From positions 32,001-96,000 of the forward strand of contig JANRJA010000077.1 in NCBI GenBank assembly GCA_033764315.1: a stretch of 64,000 nucleotides of DNA, read 5' to 3'. Under the pieces are notes generated by a model. It made no database searches and was not told where the DNA came from. It worked only from the letters and a program-made list of their open reading frames with translations. Of this stretch, positions 58,004 to 64,000 are shown one piece after another (position 1 is the stretch's first letter; every line of letters starts with the position of its first letter). The translations under genes and the position numbers were made by a program. The stretch comes from Oculatellaceae cyanobacterium bins.114. Lineage in GTDB: Bacteria; Cyanobacteriota; Cyanobacteriia; Elainellales; Elainellaceae.

Positions 58004-59895
58004 ACAACTTGCAAGTCTATGCAGATTTAGTTGAGCAGATGCCAGTAGGCTTGATCGTCTGGCATTTGGAGGATCTTGAAGATCCAAGTACCTTTCAACT
58101 GCTTGAGATTAATGCTCTGGCAAGAGAGATATTGGGGCTGCCGCAGCAAGGAGAGTTGCAGCTAGGTTATGACCCATTTCCGGCATTTCTCAAAATTGAG
58201 ATGCCAGAGGTCTATGCTGAGGTGGTTCGTTCGGCAGTGACTCGTGATTTAGGAGAATTGCGGTATCGCGATCGCCACCAAGGTGAACGAATTTATTCAG
58301 GCAAAGCTTTTCCACTATCACAGCAGCGGTTAGGGGTCATGTTTGAAGATGTCAGCGATCGCGTTCACGCAGAACAACGATTGCGGCAATCTGAACAGCG
58401 GTTATCGTTTCACGTTCAACAAACTCCATTGGCCTTTATTGAGTGCAATATATACGGTGAAATTGTGGAGTGGAACCCAGCCGCAGAGAGGATTTTTGGG
58501 TACAGCCGACAAGAGGCGATCGGGCAGCGCATCCTGGATTTGATCGTGCCACCTGAGGCACATGCCCAGCTTGAGAGAGTCTGGTATGGCTTGATTAAGC
58601 AGTTGGGTGGAAGTCGGAGCACAAATCCCAGTATCACCAAAGATGGTAAACAGATCATCTGCGAGTGGTACAACACACTCTTAATTGCTGAAGATGGTGA
58701 GGTGATTGGCATTGCATCTTTAGCAGAAGATATTACGGCTCGACGCAGAACTGAAACTGCTTTGCAACAGAGTGAGCAGTTTCTTCGTAGCATTTATGAG
58801 GGGATTGCAGGCTCCATTTTTGTTGTCGATGTTCCAAGCAATGGAGACTTTCGCTTTGTAGGTATGAATCCTGCCCATGAGCGGCTCACAGGCATCTCCT
58901 TAACAACATTGCTGGGTAAAACTCCAGAAGATGTGTTTCCCCCAACCGCTGCGATCGCCGTTCGACAGCGATATCAAGACTGTGTCACTCTTGGTAAAGC
59001 TATCACCTATGAAGAATGCCTCCCCTTTGAGGGAGTAGACACTTGGTGGATTACTAAGTTGACTCCTCTCCAGGACGACCAATCACGGATTTATCGTTTG
59101 ATTGGTACGAGTCTCAACATCACAGACCGCAAACGTATTGAATTGGAACTGAGGCAGTTAACGTTGCGCCTAGAAGCCAGCAATCGTGAATTGCAGGATT
59201 TTGCCTCTGTTGCTTCCCATGATCTGCAGGAACCGCTCCGCAAAATTCAAGCTTTTGGCGATCGCCTCAGAGCTAAATATGCAGAGGTCTTAACCGACGA
59301 AGGACAGGATTATTTGCAACGCATGCAAAACGCAGCTAAACGGATGCAAACCTTGATTAATGACCTACTCACGTTTTCTCGCGTCACCACAAAAGCTCAA
59401 CCCTTCATGCCAGTTAACTTGACAGCTATTGTACGAGATGTCTTGTGTGATCTAGAGATCCAAATTCAGCGCGTGGGAGCACGACTAGAGTTAGGCGACT
59501 TACCTACGATTGACGCAGATCCACTACAAATGCGGCAGTTGTTTCAAAATCTGATTAGTAATGCCCTCAAGTTTCACGGTCAGGCATCTCCCATCGTGCA
59601 GATCAACGCTCAGATCCAACCTATGAATTCTGATCGACCCTTCTCACAAGGCACTCAACATCAATGTGAAATTACAGTTTCAGACAATGGAATTGGTTTT
59701 GACGAAAAATATCTCGATCGCATTTTTACCGTGTTTCAACGACTCCATAACCACAGTGAATATGAAGGGACTGGAGTTGGTTTAGCCATTTGCCGTAAGA
59801 TTGTGGAGCGGCACGGAGGGCAGATTCAAGCCCACAGTGCCCCTGGACAGGGAGCCGCATTTGTGGTGACATTACCCGTACACAACACAAGGTGA
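58000..59895 (+). CDS. Multi-PAS sensor histidine kinase
   Basis: ASHDLQEPLR, NLISNALKF, DNGIG, FQRLH, GTGVGLAIC. Confidence 0.93.
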   Translation: MNNLQVYADLVEQMPVGLIVWHLEDLEDPSTFQLLEINALAREILGLPQQGELQLGYDPFPAFLKIEMPEVYAEVVRSAVTRDLGELRYRDRHQGERIYSGKAFPLSQQRLGVMFEDVSDRVHAEQRLRQSEQRLSFHVQQTPLAFIECNIYGEIVEWNPAAERIFGYSRQEAIGQRILDLIVPPEAHAQLERVWYGLIKQLGGSRSTNPSITKDGKQIICEWYNTLLIAEDGEVIGIASLAEDITARRRTETALQQSEQFLRSIYEGIAGSIFVVDVPSNGDFRFVGMNPAHERLTGISLTTLLGKTPEDVFPPTAAIAVRQRYQDCVTLGKAITYEECLPFEGVDTWWITKLTPLQDDQSRIYRLIGTSLNITDRKRIELELRQLTLRLEASNRELQDFASVASHDLQEPLRKIQAFGDRLRAKYAEVLTDEGQDYLQRMQNAAKRMQTLINDLLTFSRVTTKAQPFMPVNLTAIVRDVLCDLEIQIQRVGARLELGDLPTIDADPLQMRQLFQNLISNALKFHGQASPIVQINAQIQPMNSDRPFSQGTQHQCEITVSDNGIGFDEKYLDRIFTVFQRLHNHSEYEGTGVGLAICRKIVERHGGQIQAHSAPGQGAAFVVTLPVHNTR

Positions 59896-59899
59896 ATTC

Positions 59900-60370
59900 G
59901 TGGAGAACAAACGCCGTCGCTCTATTGTGATCTTGATGGCAGACGATGATGAAGACGATCGCATGCTGGCAAGCGAGGCATTGGCAGAGTGCCGTCTGAT
60001 GAATAATCTCTACTTTGTTACTGACGGTGAAGAGTTGATGGACTATCTGCATCAACAAGGACGCTATGCTCAACCTGGAAGTGCCCCTCGACCTGGGCTG
60101 ATTTTGTTGGATTTAAACATGCCCCGCAAAGATGGACGGGAGGCATTGAAAGAAATCAAAGCATCTCCAGAGTTGCGTCACATTCCAATTGTGGTACTAA
60201 CGACTTCAAAAACTGAGGAAGATATTTATCGCAGCTACAACTTGGGTGCTAGTTCATACATCACCAAACCTGTGACATTTGAGTCACTCGTTGATGTCAT
60301 GAAAGCGATCGGTCAATATTGGTTTGAGATTGTAGAATTACCCCCAGATGATAGCAATAATCCAAACTAA
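59900..60370 (+). CDS. Single-domain response regulator (Rcp1-like)
   Basis: ADDDEDD, LLDLNMP, LTTS, YITKP, YWFEIV.LP. Confidence 0.93.
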   Translation: MENKRRRSIVILMADDDEDDRMLASEALAECRLMNNLYFVTDGEELMDYLHQQGRYAQPGSAPRPGLILLDLNMPRKDGREALKEIKASPELRHIPIVVLTTSKTEEDIYRSYNLGASSYITKPVTFESLVDVMKAIGQYWFEIVELPPDDSNNPN

Positions 60371-60587
60371 AATCGTGTTCTAAAAGTCATGTTTCTGGCT
60401 TGAGTATATGCAGCATATACGGGTTTTATAAAGCTATAGCTATAGTCTGTTCAATTAGATCCTGCTTACGGATGTCTAACCAGAGAGACGCAATTAATCG
60501 CGTCTGTTCTATTGATGGTTTGCCAATGAGGAAGGGGCAAAAGAATGGAAACCCTTTCACCCCTATTTATCTCTCTATTGTTCTTAA

Positions 60588-61043
60588 TTAAGGCGTAGTT
60601 TGAGGAGTGCCACCACAGTAGGTATTCACCTCATTTACCAACGGAGTTTCTTGATCGGTCGCGGTTTGCAAAGCAGTATAAGCCGCTTCAGCCCCCTGAC
60701 TATTGTTTGCATTGACAGCCGTAACCAAGTCACGGGTGGCTTTGCTAGTATCAGCATACATGGCAACAAACCGTTGTTTAAAGGTTTGGAGTGACTCATC
60801 AGACACTTCTAAAGCCTCCATAGAAGCTTTGGCCTGGTCTGCTGTCTCCGCAATTTGTGTCATTGCATTTACATCTTGAGGATTGGCACTAGCAGTGATG
60901 GCTTGAACATCTGACACTGCTTTATTAGCAACCTCAATCAGCTTATTGCATTGGGAGACCTTACTTTCACCACAACTTGCTGCTAAGACACTTAAGGCAG
61001 CAAGCACCGAGATAACGATCCCACGCTTACGAAAAGAAGGCAT
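60588..61043 (-). CDS. Hypothetical lipoprotein
   Basis: Lipobox AASC after a hydrophobic leader; helical body with two further Cys. Confidence 0.75.
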   Translation of the reverse strand: MPSFRKRGIVISVLAALSVLAASCGESKVSQCNKLIEVANKAVSDVQAITASANPQDVNAMTQIAETADQAKASMEALEVSDESLQTFKQRFVAMYADTSKATRDLVTAVNANNSQGAEAAYTALQTATDQETPLVNEVNTYCGGTPQTTP

Positions 61044-61088
61044 TCACATTCTCCTACAGTGATTACGTTGCTCTGCTGATCAGGGCAA

Positions 61089-61565
61089 TTAGGCATCTGT
61101 CGGATTGAGGCGCATCATCTCCCAGGTTGTATAGGTGCCAATCGGACTCCATAGCAAATAGGGAATCAAGAGTGCAGCCGCCCATCCAGACAGTGGCCAG
61201 ACTGTTGCAGCAAGCAATAGTGCCAAGATAGCACCCGCACCGCCAATGATTACACCAACTTTGAGACTCCGCAATGCAAGCATGACCGTATTGTAGGAAA
61301 GCGTTACAACTTCTAACAGGATGTAAAGCCCCATAAAAACCCATGTTTTAGGTGTACCTGGGGCTTGTTCCCAGGTGAGATAAGCCGACCATCCGGTGCA
61401 AATAAAAACGACCGTCCAAATAACGGGAATGGCTTTCTCAAAGGTTAACCAGCGAGGTCGCCGTAAGCGGCTAAACCATTTGATCCCTTTTGGTTCTAAG
61501 AAAACGTTACTAAGAATCGCCAGTGCGATCGCCACTCCTCCAATGACCATCCAAGATTTGATCAT
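61089..61565 (-). CDS. tspO: TspO/MBR family protein
   Basis: WF..LRRP.W, IWTVVF, PYLLWSP. Confidence 0.9.
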   Translation of the reverse strand: MIKSWMVIGGVAIALAILSNVFLEPKGIKWFSRLRRPRWLTFEKAIPVIWTVVFICTGWSAYLTWEQAPGTPKTWVFMGLYILLEVVTLSYNTVMLALRSLKVGVIIGGAGAILALLLAATVWPLSGWAAALLIPYLLWSPIGTYTTWEMMRLNPTDA

Positions 61566-61704
61566 GATTTTTCCTCAACTGCCAGGTGATGTGTGATTCC
61601 ACCCGCAGTGAAGACGGAACCAAAATAATCCTTGCAGATTGCACATGAGTTTGAATCAATCTCTAGAATGGAAGCGATTCATTACGTTTCTTTTTAACTC
61701 CTGA

Positions 61705-62967
61705 CTAGCCAAAAATATTGCCGAAAAAGTCGATCGCTTCTTTGAGGCTAGCGATAAAAGTGTCGATCTCATCGCGGGTGTTGTAGAAATACAAGCTGGC
61801 TCTGGCGGTGGATTGTGCTCCAAGATGACGGTGCAGAGGTTGGGTGCAATGGTGTCCTGCCCGAATAGCAATTCCGGCCTGATCCAGAATGGTGGAGAGG
61901 TCGTGAGGATGGACTGCCCCAGCGGTGAAGGAGGCAAGTGCTGCCCGTCCTTCGCCATTTGCATCGGGTCTGGGACCCAACAAACGCAATTCAGAAATCA
62001 GTTGTAGTTGTTGCCACAGATAGGCTGTTAACTCCGCCTCATAAGCGTGGATGGCGTCCATGCCAATATCACTGAGATAGCCAACCGCCGCACCCAGGGC
62101 GATCGCCTCAGCAATAGCGGGAGTGCCTGCCTCAAACTTGTGAGGCAGGTCAGCATAGGTAGCGTGGTCGAGAAAAACATCGGCAATCATCTCACCACCG
62201 CCCAAAAACGGAGGCATCGATCGCAGCACATCCAGCTTGCCATAGAGAAAGCCAATACCCGTCGGAGCACACATCTTGTGACCCGATGCGACTAGCCAAT
62301 CACAGGCGATCGCCTGCACATCGATTGGCATGTGAGGCACACTCTGACAAGCATCAATCAAGACTTTGGCTCCATAGTGATGGGCCAACGCAGTGATCTC
62401 TTGCACCGGATTGATGCAGCCTAAGGTATTTGATACGTGAACCACCGACACTAATTTAGTTTTGTCTGACAGCAGAGATTTGAAGTGGTCTAGATCAAAT
62501 TCTTGAGTCTCCGTTAACTCAACGAACTTCAACACCGCCCCTGTTCGCTGTGCCAGCATTTGCCAGGGAATCAAGTTGCTGTGGTGCTCCATCACCGACA
62601 AAATGATTTCATCCCCAACTTGCAAATTGCTCGTTCCCCAGGTATATGCAACTAAGTTGATTGCCTCAGAGGCATTGCGGGTGTAGACAATCTCATTGCG
62701 CGAGGCAGCGTTGACAAAGGCGGCCACCTTATCGCGTGCCCCTTCATAGGCATCGGTTGCTCGTGAACTCAGCGTGTGAACACCCCGATGCACATTGGCA
62801 TTGTCATGCTCGTAGTAATATTGCAACGCCTCAATCACAGCTTTGGGTTTTTGAGAAGATGCGGCGTTGTCAAAATAGATCAACGGTTTGCCATGAATTT
62901 GCTGATCCAAGATAGGAAAGTCAGCACGGAGTTTGGCAGCGAGGGTTCTTTCTTGAGCAAGAGTCAT
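61705..62967 (-). CDS. sufS: Cysteine desulfurase
   Basis: [33 protein letters not shown]. Confidence 0.96.
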   Translation of the reverse strand: MTLAQERTLAAKLRADFPILDQQIHGKPLIYFDNAASSQKPKAVIEALQYYYEHDNANVHRGVHTLSSRATDAYEGARDKVAAFVNAASRNEIVYTRNASEAINLVAYTWGTSNLQVGDEIILSVMEHHSNLIPWQMLAQRTGAVLKFVELTETQEFDLDHFKSLLSDKTKLVSVVHVSNTLGCINPVQEITALAHHYGAKVLIDACQSVPHMPIDVQAIACDWLVASGHKMCAPTGIGFLYGKLDVLRSMPPFLGGGEMIADVFLDHATYADLPHKFEAGTPAIAEAIALGAAVGYLSDIGMDAIHAYEAELTAYLWQQLQLISELRLLGPRPDANGEGRAALASFTAGAVHPHDLSTILDQAGIAIRAGHHCTQPLHRHLGAQSTARASLYFYNTRDEIDTFIASLKEAIDFFGNIFG

Positions 62968-63023
62968 AGGAGCAAGGAGTTAAATGGGACGAGGGGCGAT
63001 CGACAAAGGAGTAACAAAAACCT

Positions 63024-64000
63024 TTAGGGGTAAAGGAGTTGAGCCAATGTTTGTCGCAGAGAACTCAACGGCAACTGTTCTAAAATCTCGTAGGCGAATG
63101 CATAAATAAGTAGGCTACGGGCAGTATTGGCATCAATGCCCCGACTTTGTAGATAAAAGATCTCATCTGCCTCTAGTTGCCCAACCGTTGCCCCGTGGGT
63201 GCATTTCACGTTATCCGCAACAATCTCAAGTTGGGGTTTAGTGTCTACCCGTGCTTTAGAAGAGAGCAACAGGTTGCGATTGAGCTGTCCAGCATCGGTT
63301 AGTTGCGCTGCCTTGGGTACAAACACCTTACCGTTGAAAACCGCGTGTGCCCGGTCATCGATGATACATTTGTGCAATTGGCGAGTGGTGCCATAGGGCT
63401 TACTCAGGGCGATCGCACTATGGGTATCTGCCACCTGTTCCCCCCGAATCATCGTCAACCCATTGAGCGTCGTGTAGGTTTGCTCTCCAGTTTGATAAAT
63501 CTCAAGATTGTGGCGTGAAATTTTGCCCCCTAAACTCACCGCATTGCAGGTATAGCGAGAGTCACGCGCCTGAGAAACGGTAGTTTTACCAATGTGAAAG
63601 GCAGCTTGATCATCTCTCTGAACTCTAGTGTGGTTCACTTCAGCGTTTTCAGCGAGGCAGATTTCCGTAACGCTATTCGTGAAGTAAACCCCTTCACCTA
63701 GACCCACATAATCCTCAATGACGGTAACTTGACTGTTTGCCTCTGCCACAATCAAGCAGCGAGGATAGGATACCGTTGCAGCATCCTGACGAGTGGATAT
63801 AAAGAGCAGGTGAATGGGTTTCTCAATACTCTGGTTTTTGGATACCCAAATCACTGCACCGTCTTGAAAGCTTGCCGTATTCAAGGCAGTGAAGACTTCC
63901 TCTACTCCAGGTTGCTTGCCAAAATAGGTTTGTACCGGATATGTGCTGTTAAAACTGAGCAAACTACCCGTAGACAGACCGATTTGGGAGACTTGAGTCG
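63024..64000 (-). CDS. sufD: Fe-S cluster assembly protein SufD (5' end beyond the window)
   Basis: Frame open to the window edge; FNGKVFV, DTKPQLEIVADNVKCTHGATVG, FYLQSRG. Confidence 0.95.
   Translation of the reverse strand, partial: TQVSQIGLSTGSLLSFNSTYPVQTYFGKQPGVEEVFTALNTASFQDGAVIWVSKNQSIEKPIHLLFISTRQDAATVSYPRCLIVAEANSQVTVIEDYVGLGEGVYFTNSVTEICLAENAEVNHTRVQRDDQAAFHIGKTTVSQARDSRYTCNAVSLGGKISRHNLEIYQTGEQTYTTLNGLTMIRGEQVADTHSAIALSKPYGTTRQLHKCIIDDRAHAVFNGKVFVPKAAQLTDAGQLNRNLLLSSKARVDTKPQLEIVADNVKCTHGATVGQLEADEIFYLQSRGIDANTARSLLIYAFAYEILEQLPLSSLRQTLAQLLYP

Noticed and set aside
1-64000. High density of GCGATCGC
   Set aside because: Known cyanobacterial HIP1; taxonomic evidence, not novel

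Overview
Chromosomal window from a cyanobacterium. The HIP1 octamer GCGATCGC is very dense, heptamer tandem repeats are present, and several genes belong to cyanobacteria-specific families (psb35-like, DUF4327, Uma2, cyanophycinase). Housekeeping genes include phr, coaX, miaA, gyrB, bcp, ogt, dps, rsmB, nanE, tspO, sufS and partial sufD, alongside several signalling proteins. I saw no rRNA, tRNA, CRISPR array or intact transposase. At least four families of small non-autonomous mobile elements (MITEs) are present, one nested in another. The best candidate for an undescribed system is an 8-gene operon at 11354-18916. It is preceded by a perfect NtcA-type box and a terminator-like leader hairpin. 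It encodes a PuuE/PgdA-like deacetylase, a signal-less THI5-like protein, a polar amino-acid ABC importer, a dipeptide-epimerase-family enzyme and a DRE-TIM enzyme with rewired catalytic motifs. Other oddities: a 31-aa YD/DxDxDG repeat gene broken by one nonsense change, a miaA with no canonical start codon, a MOSC-alkyltransferase-like fusion, a histone-H1-like protein, a CapK-like ligase plus three-glycosyltransferase cluster, and a higher-order 21-bp tandem array. All protein calls come from motif recognition by eye; no database search was run.
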